DNA of 64,000 nt from Candidatus Buchananbacteria bacterium (GCA_041664165.1 JBAYLH010000004.1:11974-75973), one strand, 5' to 3'; shown: positions 35,273-44,227, numbered from the stretch's first letter. The notes: generated by a model from the letters alone, not told the origin. Made by a program: numbers and translations.

Positions 35273-37033
35273 TTATTTAATAAAGCCGCCGGCCTGTAAC
35301 TTCCATAAATACCGGTAAATGCCTTTTTCTTTGACAATCAATTGGCGATGGGTGCCTTGTTCAACAATGCCGCCGCGGTTAATGACAATTATTCGATCCA
35401 TCATTTTAATCGTTGAGAGCCGGTGGGCAACGGCAATCACTGTTTTGCCGGCCATCAGTTTTTCCAAAGCATCTTGGATTAATTTTTCCGATTCCGAGTC
35501 CAAACTTGAAGTCGCTTCGTCCAGGATTAAAATCGGCGCATTGCGCAGAATTGCCCGGGCAATGGCGACCCGCTGGCGTTCGCCGCTGGAAAGTTTAACT
35601 CCCCTTTCGCCGACATAGGTTTGGTAGTTATCGGGCAGGCTGCTGATGAATTCATGGCAATGAGCCAGTTTAGCCGCGGCAATAACCTCGTCGTCTGATG
35701 CCTCGGGCCGGCTATAGCGGATATTATCCATCAAGCTTCGGTGAAATAAAATCGGATCCTGGGGCACTAAGCTGATATTTTGCCATAAACTTTCCTGAGT
35801 TGTCCGGCTGATGTCTTGATTGTCAACCAGAATCTGGCCGGCGGTAACATCATGCAGCCGAAGCAAAAGCCGGATTAAAGTAGTCTTGCCGGCGCCTGAT
35901 GAACCGACCAGCGCCAAATGCTCTCGCGGCATAATTTCTAAATTAAAATCCTTCAAAACCGCTCTGGTCTCATGATAATAAAAATCAATATTTTTAAATT
36001 CAATTTGACCGTTGGCAACTTTTAAACCTTTGGCGCCGGGAATATCATTTATTTCATAAGGCGTATTTAAAATTTCGGTCATTTCGGAGGCATCGGCCAG
36101 CCGTTCATAAATTTGCCGGGTAATTTTACCGAAATCCCAAACCCGATTAATAATATTGACCAGATAGGCTTGAATCAAGACAAAATCGCCGACCGTTAAA
36201 ATGCCTTTTTGCCAAAGCTTAACCGCCAGATAAAAAATCCCAATTTCCAAACAAATCGTCATAAACCCCTGGAAAGCTTCAAATAAACTGTCCAAATCCC
36301 AGGTAAACTTCCGCAGCCGGCGCAGTTCTTCGTTAACATTGAAAAAACCCTTAATTTCCCGGCGGTAGCCGTTAAAAAGCTTAACGGCATTATGGTTAGT
36401 CACGCTGTCGGCTAAAAAGCCGGTGGTTTTGGTTTCCGCCGCACTGCGCAAAAGATCGTATTTTAATTTGTAGCCGGTGAAAACAGCATTAATGCCCAAA
36501 AAAACCAGCACCCAAAGCAATATCCCAAATCCCAGGTAAACATTCCGAGTAAACAAAATAATGGCGATGGTGGCGATATTGACAAACAACGTCAGCAGAT
36601 TCCAAATTATCCGGTCGGCGATGGTTTCAAAAGCGCTGCTGTACCACTTTACTTTTTTAACTAGCGACCCGACGAAATTATTGCTGAAAAAGGCGTAAGA
36701 ATGATTAAGGAGATAAGCGAAGCTGCTATTAGACAAATCCGTCATTATTTTAGCTTCAAAATAATTGGCGCAAATCGTGGCAAGCCGCCAGAAAACCCAG
36801 CTTAAAAGTTCCAGGCCGAAAATGACGGTTAAAATAGCAATTAAACTTTTGGCAATTAAGCCGGCCGGCGAACCGCTAGTCAAAACATCAAAAAAATTCT
36901 TATAGTACAAAGGGATGACGACGTTCAAAATTGACGCAGCGATAACCGAGACTAAAATAAAAAAGCCCGAAGTTTTATGCTTCAGTGATGCCAAAAAGTA
37001 AGCTTTCAGGGTTTGCCGGGCATTACTTTTCAT
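35273..37033 (-). CDS. ABC transporter, fused permease/ATP-binding subunit (type I exporter, MsbA-like)
   Basis: 586 aa; six N-terminal TM helices; Walker A GSSGAGKTT, signature LSSGERQRVAIARA, Walker B ILILDEATSSLD. Confidence 0.8.
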   Translation of the reverse strand: MKSNARQTLKAYFLASLKHKTSGFFILVSVIAASILNVVIPLYYKNFFDVLTSGSPAGLIAKSLIAILTVIFGLELLSWVFWRLATICANYFEAKIMTDLSNSSFAYLLNHSYAFFSNNFVGSLVKKVKWYSSAFETIADRIIWNLLTLFVNIATIAIILFTRNVYLGFGILLWVLVFLGINAVFTGYKLKYDLLRSAAETKTTGFLADSVTNHNAVKLFNGYRREIKGFFNVNEELRRLRKFTWDLDSLFEAFQGFMTICLEIGIFYLAVKLWQKGILTVGDFVLIQAYLVNIINRVWDFGKITRQIYERLADASEMTEILNTPYEINDIPGAKGLKVANGQIEFKNIDFYYHETRAVLKDFNLEIMPREHLALVGSSGAGKTTLIRLLLRLHDVTAGQILVDNQDISRTTQESLWQNISLVPQDPILFHRSLMDNIRYSRPEASDDEVIAAAKLAHCHEFISSLPDNYQTYVGERGVKLSSGERQRVAIARAILRNAPILILDEATSSLDSESEKLIQDALEKLMAGKTVIAVAHRLSTIKMMDRIIVINRGGIVEQGTHRQLIVKEKGIYRYLWKLQAGGFIK

Positions 37034-37047
37034 AAAAATAAAAAAAG

Positions 37048-37302
37048 TTAAAACCCGATATTTAAGCGCGAGAGTTTCTGCGCCATGCCCATCTGGGCTT
37101 TACCCAAAGCTTCGTTAACGCATTTTTTAACCGCCGGCCCCTGGCTTTCAACCGGTAAATCCGGATTTAAAATAATTGACTCAACTTTCAAATCGCCGGT
37201 AGCAATTACTCTGATGCCTTGATACTCGGCCTCGTACTGTTCGCTTTTGGCCTGATCCTGCAAGGCTTTGAGCTGGCCTAATTGTTTTAGCTTGTCTAGC
37301 AT
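37048..37302 (-). CDS. ybaB: nucleoid-associated protein YbaB/EbfC
   Basis: 84 aa; conserved position directly downstream of dnaX; GIRVIATGDLKVESIILNPDL...VNEALGKAQMGMAQKL. Confidence 0.7.
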   Translation of the reverse strand: MLDKLKQLGQLKALQDQAKSEQYEAEYQGIRVIATGDLKVESIILNPDLPVESQGPAVKKCVNEALGKAQMGMAQKLSRLNIGF

Positions 37303-37324
37303 AGAGCTATAAATTATTTCTATT

Positions 37325-37350
37325 TATATTAATTAAGGTGGCGCAGAACC
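37325..37350. repeat. 26-bp direct repeat, copy 1 (tatattaattaaggtggcgcagaacc)
   Basis: Exact copy at 37684..37709. Confidence 0.8.
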
Positions 37351-37446
37351 CTAGCTACGTAATTTCATCCCATTTTTACCGCCACGGGAAATCGTCCCGA
37401 TTCAAGATCGGGATCCCGACTTCCTTATTTTATAAAAAATATTTAT

Positions 37447-37527
37447 GTACGTCGGGAAACCCCGATTACCAGAGCCCCGCCTCCGCTAACGCTCCGGCGG
37501 GCGGGCAGAATCTGGCGTCTCCCGACG
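37447..37527 (-). other. degenerate tRNA-Gln-derived fragment (anticodon arm only) with a 30-nt GC-rich insertion in the anticodon loop, closed by a 9-bp outer helix
   Basis: Minus strand GACGUCGGGA-GACG-CCAGA-UUCUG[CCCGCCCGCCGGAGCGUUAGCGGAGGCGGG]GC-UCUGG-UAAUCGGGGUU-UCCCGACGU. The CCAGAUUCUGGCUCUGGUAAUCGGGGUU portion is identical to the intact tRNA-Gln. D and T arms are absent. Confidence 0.4.
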
Positions 37528-37627
37528 TCGCCATTATTTATTTTGCCTTGGTGGCGAGTCGGGATGCCGACTTTTTTTAATATAAAATTGGAAACGTCGG
37601 CACTACACTTAGCCACAAAACTCGGGG

Positions 37628-37644
37628 ACAGGGAGTCCCCGCCC
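37628..37644 (-). repeat. 17-bp copy of the tRNA-Gln 3' end (ACUCCCUGUCCCCGAG)
   Basis: Exact repeat of 37751..37767, same orientation, 107 bp downstream of the tRNA 3' end. Confidence 0.7.
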
Positions 37645-37683
37645 GAACCTCCCTAATGGTAAGCATGGCGGGTGCGCCCTTTT

Positions 37684-37709
37684 TATATTAATTAAGGTGG
37701 CGCAGAACC
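37684..37709. repeat. 26-bp direct repeat, copy 2
   Basis: Exact copy of 37325..37350. Confidence 0.8.
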
Positions 37710-37750
37710 TTGATTGACGGAGCCCTTACCTTGATTAATAGTATCCAATT

Positions 37751-37821
37751 CTCGGGGACAGGGAGTCGAACCCCGATTACCAGAGCCAGAATCTGGCGTC
37801 CTACCATTAGACGATCCCCGA
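37751..37821 (-). tRNA. tRNA-Gln (anticodon CUG)
   Basis: UCGGGGA-UC-GUCU-AAUGGUA-GGAC-G-CCAGA-UUCUGGC-UCUGG-UAAU-CGGGG-UUCGACU-CCCUG-UCCCCGA-G. U1-A72 and G73 as in bacterial tRNA-Gln; G18G19 and T-loop UUCGA present; CCA not encoded. Confidence 0.75.
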
Positions 37822-37949
37822 GAATTGGATACTATATTTTCTAAAAATCTTTTGAATACCTGGCCATAACAGGTTAAACATTAGACCTGCCTGTCGGCAG
37901 GCAGGCGATCCCCCGAGTTTTGGGGCTAAACGATTAAATTTAATCTATA

Positions 37950-39541
37950 TTATTCAACCAGCTGACCGCCGAAAGACTGCAAAACATTATCAATTGAATC
38001 CTGGCTGGTTTTGGCTTCCGCCAAGGTAGCCACTTCGACTTTCTCTTCGGGCAAATCTTTAACCACGGCCGTTCTGACTATCAGCTGAACGCCGAAAACA
38101 TCGCGCAAAACCTGTTCTAAAATCAGGCGATTTTTATTATCATTAACTCGCTGCTGGTGGAATTTATGGCGAAAGCAGACTTCCAAAATACCGTCTTCGC
38201 CGACAGTTGACGGCTGGGAAATTCTCAAAGTTGAAGCCAGGCTTTGGTTATATTTTTTTAGGCAAATCAAAACTTCCTCCCATTTTTCCTTGACCTGGTC
38301 CAAAGTTAATTTGACTTTAGCGATTGGTATTTTCGGAGTTTCTTTTTCCGGCTCTTTTTCTTTCACTTCCGACTCTTCGATTTTCAAAATCGGCTCGGTT
38401 TTTAGACCCGATCCCCCGCCGCCTTGCGGCTTATCATCGGAATGGCTATCGTCGCCAATTATTTCCAAAACCGCCAACTCCAGCGGCAGCTGTAAAATAT
38501 CGGCAAACTTTAATTCCTGTTTTTTTACTAAAATAATTTCAATGATCTTAATTAGAAATTCCAGGGAAATTTGGCTGGAAACTTCAATCGCTCTTTTTTC
38601 CAAATCCTTACTCAAACCGCCGGTGAATTCATTAAGTTGGCTGCTGACTTTCATCAGCAAAATTTTTCTTAAAACTTCGATTAAATCGCCGGTAAATTTA
38701 TCCAAATCAATCCCCTCGGAAACCAAGCGGTTGATTAAGCCGATCGCGCCGGCCGAATCTTTCCGGTTTAAAAATTCAATGAATTCCAGGACTAAATCAA
38801 ACCGGGAACGGGGCAAAACTAATTCGGCTTGTTCGGCCGTAATTTCCTTGTCGCCCAAAGATAAGATCTGACCCAGCAGGCTTTCCGCATCGCGGATGCC
38901 GCCTTCGGCGTAGTAAGCGATATTTTCTAAAATCGACTGGCTAACGACCTTGCCTTCTTTTTCAGTGATAAAATTCAGCCGCTTGGCGATCTCAAGCTCG
39001 GAAACTTTGCGAAAATCAAAATGCTGGCAGCGAGAAATAATCGTTTGCGGCACTTTATAAATTTCCGTGGTCGCTAAAATAAAAATGGCATGAGCCGGCG
39101 GTTCTTCCAAAGTCTTAAGTAAGGCATTAAAAGCCGAAATTGACAGCATGTGGACTTCATCGATAATGAAAACTTTGAATTTCCGGCTGGTCGGCGTAAA
39201 TCGGGAATTATTAATGATATTTTCCCGGACGTTGTCAACGCCGGTGTGCGAAGCGGCATCAATTTCAATATATCCAAAGACCGGGCCGCCATCATTTCCT
39301 GGCAGGAATCGCAGACATTGCAAGGCTCGCTTTCGTTCGGCTGGCGATTTGAGCAATTCACCGCTTTGGCCAAAAGCCGCGCCGTCGTGGTCTTGCCTAA
39401 GCCGCGGGGACCGGAAAATAAATAAGCATGAGCGACTTTGCCGGTTTCCAGCTCGCTTTGCAAGGTAGTTTTGATATGGTTTTGACCGACCACTTCCTTA
39501 AAGGTTTGCGGCCGGTATTTGCGGTATAAAGCCAAGGACAT
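37950..39541 (-). CDS. dnaX: DNA polymerase III subunit gamma/tau; reading frame interrupted (apparent -1 shift near 39281..39300) inside the N-terminal ATPase domain
   Basis: Frame A (39541->) MSLALYRKYRPQTFKEVVGQNHIKTTLQ...GPRGLGKTTTARLLAKAVNC...CNVCDSCQEMM. Frame B continues NDGGPVFGYIEIDAASHTGVDNVREN...FIIDEVHMLS...ISRCQHFDF. The switch falls in the GC run ccgggccgcc. Confidence 0.8.
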
Positions 39542-39620
39542 AAAAGATTTTTACTGCTATTTAGAATAATCTGCAGCAACTAAAATTTTAACCCATTTTT
39601 TGACTTTTTGCAAGCGAAAA

Positions 39621-39997
39621 AAATGGCAAAAAAAGACCCGGGAGAAACTGGTTATATAAGTTACCGTTACTCTCCGGGTCGCATGCCCCTTGGCATATTA
39701 GGATGGGTGTATGGTCGCCCACTTACGGCGACCGGTAATAGTTGAATGAAACGCCGGAGACCGGCAGCGGGCATTACGCGAAAAAAACCGCATAACAACT
39801 CCCCTAAAATTTTTAACCCAGCAAGTTGCTGGAGGTTGATTGGGGCTACCTCCACTCTAGCCCTCACCTACGTCGCTTCATAAAACATTCCTCCTTGGTT
39901 ACCCGCCCTTATATTCTCATCCTTTGAAACTGAATGCTTTCCGGCCTTAAATTTGATGTGGCTTAGCCACGGCCAGGGCATTCCAGCAAAAGATGGT
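39621..39997 (-). ncRNA. candidate structured RNA (~375 nt) of unassigned identity between rplY and dnaX; SRP RNA considered but signature not confirmed
   Basis: GC-rich block with own promoter (minus-strand TTGACA) and strong terminator (GACCCGG(G)AGA...UCUCCGGGUC + U7GCCAU7). Many perfect local hairpins (GGUCGCC-GUAAGUG-GGCGACC, GGAGGU...ACCUCC, CCAGC-AAGUU-GCUGG, GUGGC-UAA-GCCAC). Contains AAGGAGG-N8-AUG AAG CGA CGU AGG UGA mini-ORF. Confidence 0.4.
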
Positions 39998-40002
39998 AAT
40001 AC

Positions 40003-40033
40003 CATTATTTGATTAAATGACAAAATTTGTCAA
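40003..40033 (-). promoter_or_regulatory. putative promoter of the structured RNA candidate
   Basis: Minus strand TTGACA followed 17-19 nt later by AAATAAT/ATAATG. Confidence 0.3.
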
Positions 40034-40046
40034 GCGGTTTGGCCGC

Positions 40047-40075
40047 CAAAACTAAAACCCCCGAGTGCCGGGGGC
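40047..40075 (-). terminator. rho-independent terminator of rplY
   Basis: Minus strand CCCCCGGCACUCGGGGG then UUUUAGUUUUGG. Confidence 0.6.
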
Positions 40076-40101
40076 TTTAATTATTTGAGGTTGGGTTATT
40101 A

Positions 40102-40761
40102 TTATTCCTCGGTTTTTTCCGCGGTTTCTTCTTTACCTTCAACTGCCGGCAATTCAGTTTTTTCCGGTTTGCTTTCCAAATCAGTCAATTCCTTTTCGCT
40201 TCTTGGCTCCTGAACCAAAGCGATAACGTCGTTAGGAATATTCAAAACCGTTATCCCTTCTGGGATTTTGATGTCAGCAACGTGGATAGAGTTATCGAAA
40301 GTCTTCAAAATTGACAAATCAACTTCAATTTCATGAACCAAGTACTGCGGCAGGCATTCAACATCCAAAGAATCGATATTAGTGACCAAAGTGCCGCTTA
40401 GCTCCTTAACGGCCGGCGCTTCATTGATAAATTTAAGTTCAATTTTTGTATGCAGCTTTTCATCCATTTTGATTTGATGGAAATCAACGTGCATAATTCG
40501 GTTGTTGACCGGGTCAAGCTGGTAATCCTGGATTAAAATTTTAACCGGCTTGGAGTCGTCAATAACCAAATCAACCAAAGTGCTTTCGCCGGCTTGGGTT
40601 AAAACTTTTTGAAAAACGGGATAGTCAACTGATAAATTAATCGGTTTAATTTTGTGACCATACAAAACTGCCGGAATTTTTTCCTGTTTCCGCAATTTGC
40701 CGACTTTTTTGCCGGTTTCTTTTCGGGTGGTGGCTTTTAGGATTGTTGCTGAACTTGTCAT
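40102..40761 (-). CDS. rplY: 50S ribosomal protein L25 (Ctc form)
   Basis: 219 aa; L25 N-domain followed by a Ctc C-terminal extension rich in E/K. Confidence 0.8.
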   Translation of the reverse strand: MTSSATILKATTRKETGKKVGKLRKQEKIPAVLYGHKIKPINLSVDYPVFQKVLTQAGESTLVDLVIDDSKPVKILIQDYQLDPVNNRIMHVDFHQIKMDEKLHTKIELKFINEAPAVKELSGTLVTNIDSLDVECLPQYLVHEIEVDLSILKTFDNSIHVADIKIPEGITVLNIPNDVIALVQEPRSEKELTDLESKPEKTELPAVEGKEETAEKTEE

Positions 40762-40785
40762 AACTTTATTACCAATTCTATAGCT

Positions 40786-41136
40786 TTAATATTTAAAATT
40801 AACAAAATGATCAATCAAAACTTTATCTTTATTTAAAAGCTGCTCGTGAACTTCAATGACGTCATCGCAGGTTATCGGCTTGGCTGATTTGAATCTGATC
40901 ACGTCATCGCTAGTCAAATCAGTAACTAAGCCGACCGAACTGATGCCTGAGCTGCTGACCGTTACTACCGCCAAAACGGCAGCCTGGCAATGCCGGCAAC
41001 GGATATAAAACAAATGGGCATTATCGCTTTCTTCCAAAACTCTGGCTTCAACCGGATCGTAACGCAAATTGCAGACCGGGCAATGAGTAACCAAACTTGA
41101 GCCGTCATTAAATAAATTGGAAAGTCTGTCCTCCAT
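40786..41136 (-). CDS. hypothetical zinc-ribbon protein (CPVC...CRHC)
   Basis: Start moved to MEDRLSNLF (41136) because a TTGACA-17-TATATT promoter (41150..41178) lies between the track start (41196) and this ATG. Confidence 0.5.
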   Translation of the reverse strand: MEDRLSNLFNDGSSLVTHCPVCNLRYDPVEARVLEESDNAHLFYIRCRHCQAAVLAVVTVSSSGISSVGLVTDLTSDDVIRFKSAKPITCDDVIEVHEQLLNKDKVLIDHFVNFKY

Positions 41137-41149
41137 AAAATACTTTAAC

Positions 41150-41178
41150 AATATAGCTAAAATTTTGATTTTTGTCAA
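41150..41178 (-). promoter_or_regulatory. sigma70-type promoter (TTGACA-17 nt-TATATT) giving a near-leaderless transcript for the zinc-ribbon ORF
   Basis: Direct sequence match to the consensus, correctly spaced upstream of the ATG at 41136. Confidence 0.4.
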
Positions 41179-41258
41179 TCCCGCGATATAAACCAATCAT
41201 TTAAGCTAAATAATTCAAATTGACGATGAATATTACCGGGCTCGGCTCGCCGTGAATC

Positions 41259-42362
41259 TTAATTGCGGTTTCTGATAATCATGCTTTCAACCATGCCGAT
41301 TAAAATCAGGCAGACAACCAGAAAGCTCCCGCCGTAGCTCAAAAAAGGCAGAGAAATTCCCGTTACCGGCACGATGCCGATATTCATGCCGATATTAATC
41401 ATAATCTGACTGAAAAACAAAGCCGAAACGCCCAAAATAAACAACTGGGCGAAACTATCTTTCATTGATTTTACCGCTTTAATCAGACGGTAAAAAATTA
41501 CGCCCAAAAAAAATAAAACTAAAATTACGCCCAAAAACCCCAGCTCTTCGGCAATGACGGCAAAGATAAAATCGGTTTCGGCCGCCGGCAGAAATTTCAG
41601 CTGGCTTTGCGAACCGAAGCCGAGCCCCCGGCCAAAAAGACCGCCGGCGCCAACCGCCGTTACCGCCTGCCGGACATGATAGCCGCGGCCGTAAGGATCA
41701 AGCGCCGGGTTGAAAAAAGTCAAAATCCGGTCTCTTTGATAGGTTTGAAAAAGAAAAAGCCAGGCAACTAAAGCCGCCAAAGCCAAGCCGCCGGCCAAAA
41801 ACAGCAGGTGCTGCTTTTTCGCTCCGGCAAACACCAGCATAAAAATCCAGATTAAAAATAAAATAATCGCCGAACCGAAATCAGGCTGAAAAATTACCAG
41901 TAAAAAAAACCCGCCGGTGATTAAAGCCGATAAGGCAAAGTTTTTAAATTGCTTTATTTCCAGGATTTTTTTACTTAAAAACCAGGCCAAAAAAGCAATT
42001 AAAGCGATTTTAGCCAATTCAACCGGCTGAAAATTTATTCCCATTAGCGAAAACCAGCCGGTGGTGCCGCGGATAGTTTTGCCTAAAAACAAAACCGCGA
42101 CTAAAGTTACGGCCACGGCAATATAAATAAAGTAGCTATAATCCTGCCAAATCCGATAATCCAAAAGACTGATTAAAAAAAGCAGGCCTAAGCCGATTAA
42201 GGCAAAGACAATCTGCTTTTTAAAATTCAAAAAATCCGGGTTTGCGGAACTGACCGAAATACTGTAAATCGCGGATAAGCCGAAAGAAACCAATAAGGCA
42301 ACTGCGCCAAACAGCATCCAATCAAAACTCTTTAAAGCCGCGAATAATCTTTTAAAAAACAT
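41259..42362 (-). CDS. SEDS-family peptidoglycan glycosyltransferase (FtsW/RodA)
   Basis: 367 aa, 10 TM helices, FtsW/RodA/SpoVE-like conserved loops. Confidence 0.75.
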   Translation of the reverse strand: MFFKRLFAALKSFDWMLFGAVALLVSFGLSAIYSISVSSANPDFLNFKKQIVFALIGLGLLFLISLLDYRIWQDYSYFIYIAVAVTLVAVLFLGKTIRGTTGWFSLMGINFQPVELAKIALIAFLAWFLSKKILEIKQFKNFALSALITGGFFLLVIFQPDFGSAIILFLIWIFMLVFAGAKKQHLLFLAGGLALAALVAWLFLFQTYQRDRILTFFNPALDPYGRGYHVRQAVTAVGAGGLFGRGLGFGSQSQLKFLPAAETDFIFAVIAEELGFLGVILVLFFLGVIFYRLIKAVKSMKDSFAQLFILGVSALFFSQIMINIGMNIGIVPVTGISLPFLSYGGSFLVVCLILIGMVESMIIRNRN

Positions 42363-42370
42363 AAGAATTG

Positions 42371-44062
42371 TTACGCTCCGTTACGGACAAAAGTGATTAC
42401 TTTCTGACCCTCAATTAATCCCGACCTGACTTCAACCATACCTTCATCGCCTTTCAAGCCAAGGATAACTTCAACCGTTTTAGGATTGTCATTTTCTAAA
42501 ATTTGAACGATTTTTTTGCCATTTTCTTCCTTAACCGCCCGTAAAGGAATAAATAAAACGTCATTAATTTCGGCGGTTTTAACCGTAATATTGGCCGTCA
42601 TACCGGGTTTAATCTTTTCAACTACTGATTTGACGCTATCTGGCTGGTCTTTTTCAAAAGCGACCGTTACCCGATAATAGATCACGTCCTGAATTTCCGT
42701 TTGTGCCGGATTAATGGTCGTAACCGCGCCGCTGAATATATCGTCGCCGGTAAAGGCATCCAAAGTAATACTGACTTTGTCGCCGACGCTGATTTTGACA
42801 ATATCCGATTCCGGAATATCAACTTCAATTTCATAATTTTCCGCCGCCAGCATCTTAATCACCGGCTCGGTCAAATTGGTCTGTTCGCCGACCGAATAAG
42901 GCGTATCGGTAATCACGCCGGCAATCGGCGCTTTAATAATCGTTTCGTCGTATCGAGCCGCGGCCAAATCAAGGCTCGACTGGGCTTTGGCCACCTGCGC
43001 CTGGTATAAAGAAATGTCTTCCGGCCGGGCCGGGGCTTTTTTAAAATCTAAATTGGCCTGAGCCTGGGCTAAATTATTTTCCGCGGTTTTGACGTCATTT
43101 TCCGCGGCATTAACCTTGGTTTGGTAATTAAGCTTGGCGTCGGCCAAAGTTTGCTCGTCAGTATGGATGGTGGTGAGACTGGTATTAGTGGTTGTTCTTT
43201 CGGTATTAATATCGGTTTTTAAAGCGTCCAAATCCGTTTGAATCAGATTTGAGTTGATAATGACATAATCAAAAAGTTTCGATAAATTATCCAGAGTTTG
43301 ACTGACTTGGCTTAAGGCCGATAAGGTTTTATTAATCGCCGAATCAACTTTTGTAATATCGCTGTTATTGAGATTAGCTTCGCTATAGGCTAATTCCGCC
43401 CCGTCGATCATGCTTAATGAAATATTATATTGGTTTTCAACATCCTGCCGCAGCTGGGTATTGGAAGTTAAAAAATAATTCGAACTATTTTTGAAATTAA
43501 GCGTATCGTAAACTTTTTGAATCGAAATATTAGCCTTAGTTATCGCCGAATTAGCGTCAACCAGACTGCCTTGTTTTTCGTTTTGGAGCGCCTGGCTATA
43601 GGTTTGTTTGGTATTATCTAAGTCAGACTGAGCGTTAGCTAAATCGGTTTTAGATTTTTCAAACGCCGCCTGAGAAACCGCAACATCCTGAGTCGTAGCG
43701 CCGATTTTAATTTTTCCCAAATTAGCCAATGCCTGGGCTAAATCGGCTCTGGCGCTATTGACATTAATCGCCAAATCATTGGCCTTGAGCTGGGCTAAAA
43801 TTTGATCCGCTTCGACTTTATCGCCGGTTTTTACTTTCAGAATTGCCAGCTGGCCGGGATTTTTGAAATTTAAGCTGATTTCCGAGGCTGATTTGACTTT
43901 ACCGGTCGCTGAAACCGTCTGGCTGATAGTGCCGCGCTTAACCTCCTGGGTAACATACTCAACTTTTTTGCCCGAGCTGGCAAATTTAAAATAAGCGCCG
44001 ATAGCGATAATCAAAATAACGACAACGGCCCAAAAAATCTTAGACTTAAGTATTTTTTTCAT
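42371..44062 (-). CDS. HlyD-family periplasmic adaptor (membrane fusion protein) with very long coiled-coil
   Basis: 563 aa; N-terminal TM anchor; biotinyl-lipoyl-like half-domains flank a ~300-aa coiled coil; C-terminal beta-barrel-like region. Confidence 0.6.
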   Translation of the reverse strand: MKKILKSKIFWAVVVILIIAIGAYFKFASSGKKVEYVTQEVKRGTISQTVSATGKVKSASEISLNFKNPGQLAILKVKTGDKVEADQILAQLKANDLAINVNSARADLAQALANLGKIKIGATTQDVAVSQAAFEKSKTDLANAQSDLDNTKQTYSQALQNEKQGSLVDANSAITKANISIQKVYDTLNFKNSSNYFLTSNTQLRQDVENQYNISLSMIDGAELAYSEANLNNSDITKVDSAINKTLSALSQVSQTLDNLSKLFDYVIINSNLIQTDLDALKTDINTERTTTNTSLTTIHTDEQTLADAKLNYQTKVNAAENDVKTAENNLAQAQANLDFKKAPARPEDISLYQAQVAKAQSSLDLAAARYDETIIKAPIAGVITDTPYSVGEQTNLTEPVIKMLAAENYEIEVDIPESDIVKISVGDKVSITLDAFTGDDIFSGAVTTINPAQTEIQDVIYYRVTVAFEKDQPDSVKSVVEKIKPGMTANITVKTAEINDVLFIPLRAVKEENGKKIVQILENDNPKTVEVILGLKGDEGMVEVRSGLIEGQKVITFVRNGA

Positions 44063-44200
44063 ACTTTAAATGCTTAATAATTACCCTAGTATTATATAAC
44101 TTTTTACCAATTTTTTCAAGTTTTTTCCATACAGTTTTTTCCATAACTTAACCGAGCAGAAAGTTAACCTCCTAAAAAATTAGTTTAGACAAAACAAAAA

Positions 44201-44227
44201 ATACTCTATTTCTAGAGTACTTTTTGC
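44201..44227. terminator. bidirectional terminator hairpin
   Basis: UACUCUA-UUUC-UAGAGUA flanked by A-run and U-run. Confidence 0.5.

Noticed and set aside
37430-37560. Calling the anticodon-arm fragment with the 30-nt loop insertion an intron-containing tRNA gene
   Set aside because: D-arm and T-arm are missing and the insertion is not at the canonical 37/38 position in a complete tRNA. Better explained as a degenerate partial copy.
39667-39867. Track ORF 39667..39867 (66 aa, MRARVEVAPINLQQLAGL...)
   Set aside because: GTG-initiated, Ala/Arg/Gly/Pro-rich as expected from reading through GC-rich RNA helices. It lies inside the promoter-to-terminator structured RNA. Treated as non-coding.
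39621-40035. Assigning the rplY-dnaX RNA as SRP RNA (ffs), tmRNA or a riboswitch
   Set aside because: The position fits ffs synteny, but I could not find the helix-8 GNRA/AGCAG signature. tmRNA T-arm is absent. A terminator lies between the element and dnaX, so a cis-acting dnaX riboswitch is unlikely. Left unassigned rather than named.
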